Source: Ignavibacteria bacterium (GTDB lineage: Bacteria; Elusimicrobiota; Endomicrobiia; PHAN01). Taken from it: 52,653 nt of DNA. The stretch lies in assembly GCA_041694835.1 (NCBI GenBank), contig JBGFRZ010000053.1:1-52653 (forward strand), written 5' to 3'. Below the pieces are notes generated by a model that did not search any database, was not told the origin of the DNA, and worked only from the letters and a program-made list of their open reading frames with translations. A program made the translations under genes and the position numbers. Below, in pieces: positions 9,801-18,964 of this stretch; the stretch's first letter is position 1, and the number at the start of each line of letters is the position of its first letter.

Positions 9801-12395
9801 ATGTCGGATTTATTCAATGAAGCTGATGAAAAGTTTTATTCTAAAAGCGTGAGGAATTACATCGTTGCCCCGAATCTTCCTGAGAAACTCACCCCTCTTC
9901 TTGAGATAGCTTATAACTTATGGTGGGTATGGAACTCACAGGCACTTGAACTCTTCAGAAGGATGGACAGAGAACTTTGGGAAAAGGTCTATCACAATCC
10001 CATAAAGCTTCTTGGCATGATTTCGCAAAACAGGTTATTGGAACTTGCCGGGGACAACAGTTTTCTGTCGCATATGGAAAGAGCCATCAACGAGTTCAAA
10101 AGATATATGAGTCTTAAAACGTGGTATCAGACGGAATTCCCCGACAAGGACAAATGTCAGATAGCTTATTTTTCCGCGGAGTTTGGACTCCACGAAAGCA
10201 TACCGATTTATGCCGGTGGCCTCGGCATTTTATCGGGCGATCATCTGAAGTCGGCCGGCGATATGGGCATCCCCCTTGTCGGCGTCGGGATACTCTACAG
10301 ATATGGCTACTTCCACCAGTATCTCAACATAGATGGTTGGCAACAGGAAAAAATGGTGGAGAACCACTTTACGAAGATGCCGCTTTTGAGGGTTAGGGAT
10401 AAAGACGGCCGTCCAATAAAAATATCCATAGACCTTCCTTCCATAAAATGTTCGGCGCAACTGTGGAGAATAAATATAGGACGCGTCAGTCTTATTTTAC
10501 TTGACACGGATATCGATGAAAATGGCGATTTCGCAAGAACACTTTCATACGAGCTTTATGGCGGCGACACCGAGATGAGGCTCTCTCAAGAGATTTTGCT
10601 TGGCATAGGAGGGTTTCGCGCCCTGCGCTCTCTCGGATATAACCCCAGTGTTTTTCACATGAATGAGGGACACTCCGCATTCCTTACCCTTGAAAGAATA
10701 AGAGTTTATATGGAGGAAAACGGTTTGAGTTTTGAAGAGGCAAAACAGATTGTCGCGGCAAGCAGCGTTTTTACCACGCATACCCCCGTGCCGGCCGGCA
10801 GCGATGTTTTCTCCATAGAATTGATGGAGAAGTATTTTGAATCATACTACAAAAAACTTAGGATACCGAGGGAAAATTTTTTATCGCTAGGCAGAATGAA
10901 TCATTCCGACATAAAAGAGCCCTTTACGATGCCAATCCTTGCTTTCAGACTTTCGTCCCACGCCAACGGTGTAAGCCGCCTTCATGGGTCAGTTTCAAGA
11001 AAGATGTGGCATAGGCTGTGGCCTGACCTCAATAGATCGGAGATTCCGATTGACCACATAACCAATGGAATACACGCAAATACTTGGATATCTTATGAGA
11101 TGGCATCCCTTTTCGACAGATACATAGGTACAGTCTGGAAAGATGAGCCAGCCAACCAGAAGATATGGGAAAGTGTAGCGCAGATTCCCGATGCTGAGAT
11201 ATGGAGAAGTCATGAGAGAAGAAGGGAGCGGCTCGTCGAGTTTGTAAGAGGTCGTCTCAAGTTCCAGCTTATAAGCAGGGGTGCGCATCAGAGGGCTATC
11301 CAGTCGGCGGATGAAGTCCTTGATCCAGAGGCGCTCACCATCGGTTTTGCAAGAAGATTCGCCACCTATAAGCGCGCGACTTTGATTTTCAGCGATATAG
11401 AGCGCTTGAAAAAAATATTCACGAAAAAGGATATGCCCGTCCAGATTATAGTAGCGGGGAAGGCCCACCCCAGGGATAACGAGGGAAAGGAGTTCATAAA
11501 ACAGGTAATCCACATAGCCCGCGACTCCGAACTCAGAGACAGGATTATTTTTATCGAGGATTACGACATGAATGTGGCGCACTACATGGTTCAGGGTGTG
11601 GATGTGTGGCTTAACAACCCCCGCCGTCCTTTGGAGGCGTCGGGGACCAGCGGAATGAAGGCGGCCGTCAATGGCGTATTGAATTTCAGCATACTTGATG
11701 GTTGGTGGTGCGAAGGCTACGACGGAAACAATGGCTGGGCGATAGGCATGGGCGAGGAGTATGGCAGTTTTCAGAATCAGGATGAAGTCGAGAGTAAGAT
11801 GATATACGACATATTCGAAGATGAGATTATCCCTCTCTTTTACGACAGGGGCCATGGGGGTATGCCTCGCGGCTGGATCAAGAAGATGAAGGATTCGATG
11901 AGGTCAATATGCCCTGTTTTCAATACAAACAGAATGATAGAAGAGTATATGAGGAAGTTTTACATAAAGTCCCACAACGACTTCGCTTTGCTTTGCAAAA
12001 ATAACTTCGAAAAAGCGAAACAACAGGCGAAGTGGATGGAACATATCTCCCAGAACTGGAAAAATCTTTCCATAAATTCCGTTGAGGACACTATATCGGG
12101 AGAGTTGAAAATAAACGATGAATTTGAAATAACGGCGTCCGTGCATCTGGGTACATTAATACCGGAGGATGTCAGAGTGGAGGTCTTCTGGGGGTATGTC
12201 GATTCGCGAGGTGGATTTGACGCCGTTAAAGCTATTCAGATGGATTTTACCAGAAAAACAGGCGATGGCGATTATCTCTACAAAGTCAGAATTAAAGCTG
12301 AAAGAATAGGCCACTGCGGTTATACGTTGAGGCTCCTGCCTAACAGCGATGAAAACTACATAAAATACGCCCCGGGTTTGATACGTTGGCGATAA
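9801..12395 (+). CDS. glgP: Alpha-glucan (glycogen) phosphorylase
   Basis: AYNLWW, YFSAEFGLHES, YAGGLGILSGDHLK, ARRFATYKR, EASGTSGMKA. Confidence 0.95.
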   Translation: MSDLFNEADEKFYSKSVRNYIVAPNLPEKLTPLLEIAYNLWWVWNSQALELFRRMDRELWEKVYHNPIKLLGMISQNRLLELAGDNSFLSHMERAINEFKRYMSLKTWYQTEFPDKDKCQIAYFSAEFGLHESIPIYAGGLGILSGDHLKSAGDMGIPLVGVGILYRYGYFHQYLNIDGWQQEKMVENHFTKMPLLRVRDKDGRPIKISIDLPSIKCSAQLWRINIGRVSLILLDTDIDENGDFARTLSYELYGGDTEMRLSQEILLGIGGFRALRSLGYNPSVFHMNEGHSAFLTLERIRVYMEENGLSFEEAKQIVAASSVFTTHTPVPAGSDVFSIELMEKYFESYYKKLRIPRENFLSLGRMNHSDIKEPFTMPILAFRLSSHANGVSRLHGSVSRKMWHRLWPDLNRSEIPIDHITNGIHANTWISYEMASLFDRYIGTVWKDEPANQKIWESVAQIPDAEIWRSHERRRERLVEFVRGRLKFQLISRGAHQRAIQSADEVLDPEALTIGFARRFATYKRATLIFSDIERLKKIFTKKDMPVQIIVAGKAHPRDNEGKEFIKQVIHIARDSELRDRIIFIEDYDMNVAHYMVQGVDVWLNNPRRPLEASGTSGMKAAVNGVLNFSILDGWWCEGYDGNNGWAIGMGEEYGSFQNQDEVESKMIYDIFEDEIIPLFYDRGHGGMPRGWIKKMKDSMRSICPVFNTNRMIEEYMRKFYIKSHNDFALLCKNNFEKAKQQAKWMEHISQNWKNLSINSVEDTISGELKINDEFEITASVHLGTLIPEDVRVEVFWGYVDSRGGFDAVKAIQMDFTRKTGDGDYLYKVRIKAERIGHCGYTLRLLPNSDENYIKYAPGLIRWR

Positions 12396-12415
12396 TTCTC
12401 CATGCAATAACAAAT

Positions 12416-12448
12416 TCGAACATTTGTTCGAATTTTCCGTCTGAAAAA
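12416..12448. repeat. 33-bp dispersed repeat with TCGAACA-N2-TGTTCGA palindrome (copy 1)
   Basis: Reverse complement matches 33468-33500 with 1 mismatch and resembles 29420-29452. Confidence 0.75.
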
Positions 12449-12478
12449 TTGTGTGCTGAAAAACCGCATGTAAAAAAA

Positions 12479-12506
12479 TAACCCCGCACCGTTGAGTGCG
12501 GGGTTA
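12479..12506. terminator. Intrinsic terminator between convergent genes
   Basis: TAACCCCGCAC-cgttga-GTGCGGGGTTA stem; A-run on the left gives a U tail on the minus strand. Confidence 0.7.
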
Positions 12507-12557
12507 AACTGCTTTTCTGATATCAGAAAAGATTACCCATCACAGATAATGGCGGAT

Positions 12558-12797
12558 TTATTTCTTGCCTTTTTTTCCGCGACGGACCATCTTTGCCCTG
12601 GAAACATTGCCTTTTTTGTCGAGGAAGTAGAGATATCCAGACTGTTTCTTCACTCCGACTTTCGCAACGACCTCGGGCTTGCCGCCTTTCTTGCCACCTC
12701 TCGCCATTCTGGCTCTTGACACATCGCCTTTCTTATCGATGTAGTAAAGGTAGCCGTCCTCTCTTTTGACTCCAGCTTTTGCGACCACTTCTGCCAT
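12558..12797 (-). CDS. Small basic protein made of two tandem ~31-aa repeats
   Basis: Strong AGGAGGTGA SD; EVVAKAGVKREDGYLYYIDKKGDVSRARMAR / EVVAKVGVKKQSGYLYFLDKKGNVSRAKMVR. Confidence 0.8.
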   Translation of the reverse strand: MAEVVAKAGVKREDGYLYYIDKKGDVSRARMARGGKKGGKPEVVAKVGVKKQSGYLYFLDKKGNVSRAKMVRRGKKGKK

Positions 12798-12826
12798 TTT
12801 AACTCACCTCCTTTTTTAAAAAATGA

Positions 12827-14071
12827 CTACTTTATGGAGTTGACCAATTTCTTTTCTTCGTTTTCGGATAAAACAGCGTTGACTTGCGGATATATGAACA
12901 TCTTACCCTGATAGTTTTTTAGCAGGACAGCTTTTTTGTTTTTTGATATCACGTAATCCGGGTTGACAGGGATTTTCCCTCCACCGCCCGGCGCATCTAT
13001 GACAAATGTGGGTATTGCATATCCACTCGTGTGTCCCCTTAAAGACTCTATGATTCTTATCCCCGAAGATATCGGCGTCCTGAAGTGTTCCGTTCCGGGA
13101 GCGAGATCGCACTGATAGATGTAATATGGTCTGACGCGCATGGTAAGAAGTTTTTGCATTAGTTCAACCATGACAGGAGATTTGTCATTTATGCCTTTTA
13201 ACAGTACCGTTTGGCTTCCAAGAGGGATACCTGCATCGGCAAGGAGAGAGCAGGCTTTTTTCACTTCATCGGTAATTTCTTTCGGATGATTGAAATGTAT
13301 GCTTACAAAAAGAGGATGATATTTTCTCAAAACATCGCAAAGATTATTCGTCACTCTCTGCGGCATCACGACGGGCACTCGGGTTCCTATCCTTACAATT
13401 TCGACATGAGGGATTTTTCTTATTTCCCCTATTACGTCGTCGAGCCTTTCGTCGGTAAGAAGAAAAGGGTCGCCGCCTGATATCAAGACATCTCTTATAT
13501 TTTTGTTATTCCTTATATAATCCAGGACCTTTTCAAGGTGTTCATCACTCATCGCCCCCTCGGCTGAGCCGACTATCCTTCTCCTTGTGCAATGCCTGCA
13601 GTACATAGCGCAAGCGTCGGTAATAATAAGCAGAACTCTGTCGGGATATCTGTGGACAAGGCCGGGAGCTACGGTATCCTGCTCTTCGCCGCAGGGATCA
13701 GAGAGCTCGTTGACGCTCGTCTGAAATTCTTCGACGGAAGGGATCGCCTGTTTCCTGACAGGGCAGTTCGGATCGTTTTTGTCCATAAGGGAGGCGAAGT
13801 AAGGAGTTATCGCCATCTTTAGACGCCCCCTCGAATATCCTATGGCTCTTTTCTCGCTTACGGTAAGGTTTACTATTTTTTCTACTTCTTCAATTTTTGT
13901 GATTCTGTTTTTCAACTGATGCTTCCAGGCATCGTCCTGCGACGCTGAAGCGTCAGATACAGAAGTTTTAACGCTTCGAATTTTAGCATCCCTATTGAAA
14001 TCAGGATAAATCCTCGCATCGTTTTTGCTCGTACTCGGAGGTTTTTCTGCCGTCGTCATTTTTTCTCCCAT
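12827..14071 (-). CDS. kamA: KamA family radical SAM protein (lysine 2,3-aminomutase-like)
   Basis: HRYPDR, CAMYCRHCTRRR, SGGDP, RVRPYY, LRGHTSGYAIPTFVIDAPGGGGKIP. Confidence 0.88.
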   Translation of the reverse strand: MGEKMTTAEKPPSTSKNDARIYPDFNRDAKIRSVKTSVSDASASQDDAWKHQLKNRITKIEEVEKIVNLTVSEKRAIGYSRGRLKMAITPYFASLMDKNDPNCPVRKQAIPSVEEFQTSVNELSDPCGEEQDTVAPGLVHRYPDRVLLIITDACAMYCRHCTRRRIVGSAEGAMSDEHLEKVLDYIRNNKNIRDVLISGGDPFLLTDERLDDVIGEIRKIPHVEIVRIGTRVPVVMPQRVTNNLCDVLRKYHPLFVSIHFNHPKEITDEVKKACSLLADAGIPLGSQTVLLKGINDKSPVMVELMQKLLTMRVRPYYIYQCDLAPGTEHFRTPISSGIRIIESLRGHTSGYAIPTFVIDAPGGGGKIPVNPDYVISKNKKAVLLKNYQGKMFIYPQVNAVLSENEEKKLVNSIK

Positions 14072-14072
14072 T

Positions 14073-14315
14073 TTATTTTTTTTCAACCTTTTCGGCTTCA
14101 CTGAAAAGCAAAATATTGGGTTCTTCTTTTTTCGTTATGATTTTTTCTTTCAGCCAGTTGTCTATAACGCTTTTTGAGAATCTGTATTGTCTGCCTATTT
14201 TTGAAGCCGGAATTTTTTTTGACCGTATCAAAGCGTATATCTTCGATTTTCCTATACCGAGATAATTGGACAGCTCCTTTATGTCCATTATCTCTTTTGT
14301 TTCTTTATTTTCCAT
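14073..14315 (-). CDS. Excisionase-like helix-turn-helix DNA-binding protein
   Basis: MDIKELSNYLGIGKSKIYALIRSKKIPASKIGRQYRF..IDNW pattern. Confidence 0.85.
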   Translation of the reverse strand: MENKETKEIMDIKELSNYLGIGKSKIYALIRSKKIPASKIGRQYRFSKSVIDNWLKEKIITKKEEPNILLFSEAEKVEKK

Positions 14316-14356
14316 TTTTTATCACCTATTTGCGAAGTTTATCTAAACTTGTTAAA

Positions 14357-14385
14357 ATTATACAAAATTTGCCATGCTTTGTCAA
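14357..14385 (-). promoter_or_regulatory. Sigma70 promoter for the HTH-kamA unit
   Basis: Minus strand TTGACA-17 nt-TATAAT, perfect consensus. Confidence 0.75.
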
Positions 14386-14537
14386 GTTTTATCAAAAAAA
14401 ATTTTGTTCCATAATTTGTCATAATTTTTTATATAGTGTTATGTTTTATCTTACACTATCCGATTTCGCAATCAGGTTGACGTTTCGTAATATCCCATCG
14501 GCATACAAGTTGTGTTCTTGAGAGATTAAAAAATACC

Positions 14538-14566
14538 TTGACATTTATTTTATTTTTTTGTATAAA
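14538..14566 (+). promoter_or_regulatory. Sigma70 promoter (divergent)
   Basis: TTGACA-17 nt-TATAAA. Confidence 0.6.
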
Positions 14567-14617
14567 CTATTAAAATATTTGGAGGTTTCAGAGTAAGGGT
14601 AAAAGGAGGTGATGTTT

Positions 14618-14869
14618 ATGGAAATTAAACTCGGAGAGGTTGAAGATTATTTCGCTCATGTTGGAGCGATTTCGGTAACTCTTGAATCTCCGCTTGCAGT
14701 GGGAGACACTATCAAGATTCATAAGCACGATGGGGATATTATCCAGAAAGTCGAATCTTTGCAGATAGAACATGTGGCGGTTACTTCGGCGAAGGAGGGC
14801 GCCCGCGTCGGAATAAAGGTCAAAGAAAAAGTTCACGCGGGCAACAAAATTTTTAAAGTAGTGGAATGA
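14618..14869 (+). CDS. Small translation-elongation-factor-like beta-barrel protein
   Basis: GEVEDYFAHVGA..L..PLAVGDTI....Q.VESLQIEH..V..A..G..VGIKV; AGGAGGTG SD. Confidence 0.75.
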   Translation: MEIKLGEVEDYFAHVGAISVTLESPLAVGDTIKIHKHDGDIIQKVESLQIEHVAVTSAKEGARVGIKVKEKVHAGNKIFKVVE

Positions 14870-14882
14870 TTGTTTAATTTTT

Positions 14883-15097
14883 GGGTCTTCTCTATTTTTT
14901 GTTGTGCCTATAAAAACAAAGTGTTTGAGCGGGTTTAATCAAGTGTGAACACTTGATTACCTCGCAGTCCCGATTTATCGGGACGAGAATGAGCGAAAAT
15001 ACTTTGTTTTTACATAGTCAGACAATTAACCCCACACACATCATAGCGGTATTGTAAAATCTTTACCCAATGTTACAACAACATTTAGAGAAGAGCC
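14883..15097. mobile_element. MITE family A (215 bp), uninterrupted copy
   Basis: TIRs GGGTCTTCTC / GAGAAGAGCC; flanks TAATTTTT / TAATTTTA; second copy at 31770-32388. Confidence 0.85.
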
Positions 15098-15150
15098 TAA
15101 TTTTATTATCCATGTGTTGACTGGATAAAATGAAAAGCCCCGAGATTAAT

Positions 15151-15424
15151 GAGATTATTGAAAAAGTTCTTCTACCACACAAGACGCAAAAAAATGTGTA
15201 AGAAATTTTTTGCAACAAAGCACAAGTTTTGTAGTTGCAGACCTTGGTCTGCACAAGTGCACAAGGCACTGTAAATCCCCCTGCTTCGCTTCCCCCTTTA
15301 CAAAAGGGGGATAGAGGGGGATTTTCCGTGATTTCTAACTTTCGCGCTTTCGTGGTTCAAATCTTTTTTCATCTGCGTTTATCTGCGTCCAAAAATAAAA
15401 AAGGTGAGGTTTTTCAGCGGTCTC
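15151..15424. mobile_element. Mosaic MITE inserted in the loop of a terminator hairpin
   Basis: TIRs GAGATTATTGAAAAA / TTTTTCAGCGGTCTC; ATTAAT on both sides; stem arms AAAGCCCCGA (15134-15143) and TCGGGGCTTT (15430-15439) outside. Confidence 0.8.
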
Positions 15425-15468
15425 ATTAATCGGGGCTTTCTATTTTGAGCGCGAATTAAATTGCGAAC

Positions 15469-17523
15469 TTATCTGATAAATCCGACGAAGTATTTGTTGA
15501 GTATCAGTATGAGTGGCGCGAAAACAAGAGCTACTACCGACATAAGTTTCAGAAGTATGTTTAGAGATGGCCCCGATGTATCTTTGAACGGATCTCCTAT
15601 AGTGTCTCCTATAACCGTCGCCTTATGGACATCCGAGCCCTTGCCGCCCAGGTTTCCTTCCTCCACGAATTTTTTAGCGTTGTCCCATGCGCCGCCTGCG
15701 TTTGCAAGGAGTATAGCAAGAGGCACTCCCGTTATAAGTGAGCCGACCAAAAATCCTCCAAGACCTTCTGCGCCAAGAAGCGTCCCGACGATGAGCGGTG
15801 TTATTATTGCCCCCACACCGGGAAAAATCATTTCTTTAAGCGCCCCTCTGGTCGTGATATCGACGCACTTCGCCGAGTCGGGCATGACTTTTCCTTCCAG
15901 TAGTCCTGGAATTTCCTTGAATTGACGACGGACTTCTTCAACAACGCTAAAGGCCGCTCGTCCTACGGCGAGCATCGTGTAGGCACAGAAGACAAACGGC
16001 ACAACGCCTCCTATAAAAAGTCCGGCTACGACTTTTGATGATAGAGCGTTTATGACATCTATACCGGCGATCTGTGAGTATGCCGTGAATAGCGCCAGCG
16101 CCGTCAATGCTGCCGAGCCTATGGCGAAACCCTTGCCTATTGCGGCCGTTGTGTTTCCGACAGCGTCGAGCTTCTCAGCCCTTTTTCTCACTTCGGGTCC
16201 CATATGAGCCATCTCGGCGATGCCAGCGGCGTTGTCGGCTATCGGTCCGTATGCGTCTACGGCGACCGTCATTCCGGTTATCGAAAGCATTCCGAGAGCG
16301 GAAAGAGCTACCCCGAAAATCCCGGAGAATCTATACGCAAGCACTGTGGCTGCCGCGATAGCTATGAGAGGAACGGCTGTGGACTTCAAGCTCACCGCGA
16401 AGCCATTTATTATACATGTGGCGGGACCGGTGGTGGCGGATTTTGCTATCGTCTGCACAATCTTGCCGCTTGTGAAATACTCCGCAGTAAAACCGACTAT
16501 CATGCCGGCGATAAGCCCGGAGAGTATCGCCCAGAAGTGAAGTATCTGTCCGTACCAGATTTTAGTGAGAAAAAAAGCCCCTATCACAAGAAGAATGGCG
16601 GTTACTATCATTCCCATTCTAAGAGCCACCTGCGGGTCCGTTTTTTCGTCGGTTCTTACAAAATAGATGCCTATTATGGCCGCTATTATTCCCCACGCGG
16701 CCACAAGGATTGTCAGCATTATTCCTTTTATATCTATGATGGGATTTGGCGCCGCCGCTATCACCAAAGCGGAGACAATGGCTCCTATGTACGACTCGAA
16801 AAGGTCAGCCCCCATACCAGCGACATCTCCGACGTTGTCTCCGACGTTGTCGGCTATTACAGCAGGGTTCCTGGGGTCGTCTTCAGGAATCCCGGCCTCG
16901 ACTTTTCCGACGAGATCCGCCCCCACGTCGGCCGCCTTGGTGTATATCCCGCCACCTACTCGCGCAAAAAGAGCGACTGAAGATGCGCCGAGAGAAAAAC
17001 CGGCCATGTACGTTATTGCTTCTAGGATTCTGTCGGAGATGTTGAGATGCCCCGAAAGTCTTATGTAAAAAAGCATCACCGCAAGGAAGCCAAGAAGTCC
17101 GATGCTGACGACGCTTATTCCCATAACCGCTCCGCCGGGGAAAGCTACACCGAGTGCTTCGTTAAAACTCTTTGAGGCGGCTTGTGCCGTTCTGGCATTT
17201 GATTTCGTCGCTATCTTCATTCCGATAAAGCCCGCAAGTATCGAGCAGAAAGCGCCTATTATGAACGCGAGGGCGGTCTTTTTTGCCACAAACACGAAAA
17301 GGACGAGAGCGACGAAAAACACGAAGAAGGCTATGGATTTATACTCCCTGAATAAAAAGGCCATCGCTCCCTTGTGTATGGCTGCGGAAATCTCCTTCAT
17401 CCTGTCGGTGCCAACTTCCTTCGAAAGGATTTTTTTAGCAAGATAAACAACGAATCCGACACCAAAGATTGAGACAAAAAGTGAAACCCACAAGCTTGAC
17501 AGTTCGCCGAAAAGCCGTACCAT
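15469..17523 (-). CDS. hppA: Membrane-bound pyrophosphatase, K+-stimulated type (probably Na+-translocating)
   Basis: DVGADLVGKVE, DNVGDNVGD, DLFESY, GNTTAA (Ala form), GDTIGDPFKDTSGP. Confidence 0.95.
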   Translation of the reverse strand: MVRLFGELSSLWVSLFVSIFGVGFVVYLAKKILSKEVGTDRMKEISAAIHKGAMAFLFREYKSIAFFVFFVALVLFVFVAKKTALAFIIGAFCSILAGFIGMKIATKSNARTAQAASKSFNEALGVAFPGGAVMGISVVSIGLLGFLAVMLFYIRLSGHLNISDRILEAITYMAGFSLGASSVALFARVGGGIYTKAADVGADLVGKVEAGIPEDDPRNPAVIADNVGDNVGDVAGMGADLFESYIGAIVSALVIAAAPNPIIDIKGIMLTILVAAWGIIAAIIGIYFVRTDEKTDPQVALRMGMIVTAILLVIGAFFLTKIWYGQILHFWAILSGLIAGMIVGFTAEYFTSGKIVQTIAKSATTGPATCIINGFAVSLKSTAVPLIAIAAATVLAYRFSGIFGVALSALGMLSITGMTVAVDAYGPIADNAAGIAEMAHMGPEVRKRAEKLDAVGNTTAAIGKGFAIGSAALTALALFTAYSQIAGIDVINALSSKVVAGLFIGGVVPFVFCAYTMLAVGRAAFSVVEEVRRQFKEIPGLLEGKVMPDSAKCVDITTRGALKEMIFPGVGAIITPLIVGTLLGAEGLGGFLVGSLITGVPLAILLANAGGAWDNAKKFVEEGNLGGKGSDVHKATVIGDTIGDPFKDTSGPSLNILLKLMSVVALVFAPLILILNKYFVGFIR

Positions 17524-17559
17524 AGAACACCTCCTAAATTTTGGATATTACGACATTAT

Positions 17560-17779
17560 AAGACCGTCGAAAAACTCATCAACCGTTTTTTTATTTTTGG
17601 ACGCAGATAGACGCAGATGAAAAAAGATTTGAACCACGAAAGCGCAAAAACACGAAAATACTTGTAAAGAATTTTGTGATTTCTAATTTTCGTGATTTCG
17701 CGGCAAAGTTTTTAATCTGCGATAATCCTGTAAATCTGCGTCCTATTTCTACTCCACGGCTGGGTTTTTCAGCGCTCTC
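17560..17779. mobile_element. Mosaic MITE-like element
   Basis: Ends AAGACCGTCGAAAAAC / GTTTTTCAGCGCTCTC; interior is an inverted copy of 9490-9766 and shares an arm with ~15340-15400. Confidence 0.75.
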
Positions 17780-17814
17780 AAAATAAAATTAAAAATGTCA
17801 ATCCCGCCGCCGCA

Positions 17815-18564
17815 TCAGATGCCGGAGCCATCGTAGAATTTAGAAAGAAAATCAGCCCGTTTTTCTCTGTCATTTTGTTCGCCACGCGATATAATCCCGG
17901 TTTTTTCTTCGACTTCTCTTATTCTTTGAGCAAATTCATCCTGTTGGGTGACGACAAACCTTATCGCTTCCGCTATAGGGTCGGGAAGTTTTCCGTGCTG
18001 AAGCATATCCAGTTCTTCAGGAGAAAATCCGAGACCGATTCTTGCAGGGACTCCGACGGCGGTGGCTTTGGCCGGCACATCTCTTACGACGACTGAACCC
18101 GCCCCTATCATTGCGTTATCTCCGATATTTACCGCGCCTAAAATTGTTGCCCCCGCTCCGACTACAACATGGTTGCCGAGAGTCGGATGCCGCTTTTTTT
18201 TCTCCAGACTCACCCCTCCGAGAACGACCCCTTGATATATAAGAACATCGTCACCTATCTCGGTCGTTTCGCCGATTACAACGCCCATCCCGTGGTCTAT
18301 AAAAAATCTGCTTCCTATCGTTGCTCCCGGATGTATTTCTATTCCTGTCATAAATCTTGCCATATGCGATATGAATCTTGATACGAACTTGAAGCCGAAG
18401 CCGCCTTTTTTCCAGAGATAGTGGGCGAATCTGTGAAGTATTATGGCGTGGAGCCCGGGATAGCATGTAAGAACCTCGATGACGCTTCTTGCCGCCGGGT
18501 CTTTTTTGAAAACGGTGCCGACGTCTTCTTTAAGCTTAAAATAGGCTCTTGAAAAAACATTCAT
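17815..18564 (-). CDS. cysE: Serine O-acetyltransferase
   Basis: [42 protein letters not shown]. Confidence 0.95.
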   Translation of the reverse strand: MNVFSRAYFKLKEDVGTVFKKDPAARSVIEVLTCYPGLHAIILHRFAHYLWKKGGFGFKFVSRFISHMARFMTGIEIHPGATIGSRFFIDHGMGVVIGETTEIGDDVLIYQGVVLGGVSLEKKKRHPTLGNHVVVGAGATILGAVNIGDNAMIGAGSVVVRDVPAKATAVGVPARIGLGFSPEELDMLQHGKLPDPIAEAIRFVVTQQDEFAQRIREVEEKTGIISRGEQNDREKRADFLSKFYDGSGI

Positions 18565-18639
18565 GATGAAAATTATATAATTTTATTGGTCAAAAACAAA
18601 ATTTTGAAGTTCCCATCATTTTTGGTAGAATAAAACCCT

Positions 18640-18951
18640 TGACGCTTTGCTAAAACATCACCACAGAGGCATTCACCCCGGTAGAAAGGATTTTTCTAAC
18701 GGGGCAAGGAGAGCACAGAGAAGAAAACTTTACCACGAAAGCGCGAAAGTCAGAAATCACGAAAAAAATAATCCCCCTATTTCCCCCTTTATTAAAGGGG
18801 GAAATAGGGGGAAGCGAAGTGGGGGATTTACAGTGACTTGTGCACTTGTGCAGACCAAGGTCTGCAACTACAAAACTTGTGCTTTGTTGCAAAAAATTTC
18901 TTACACATTTCTTTGTGTCTTGTGTGGTAGAAGAACTTTTTCAATAATCTC
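18640..18951. repeat. Mosaic repeat element forming the valS 5' leader
   Basis: Left part is an inverted match to ~32160-32295; right part is an inverted match to 15151-~15295. Confidence 0.8.
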
Positions 18952-18964
18952 AAAATAAAAAATT

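Noticed and set aside
14073-14315. Prophage or ICE marked by the excisionase-like gene
   Set aside because: No integrase or phage genes nearby; flanked by housekeeping genes
18640-18964. T-box leader upstream of valS
   Set aside because: No T-box consensus; fully explained by repeat modules found elsewhere in the window
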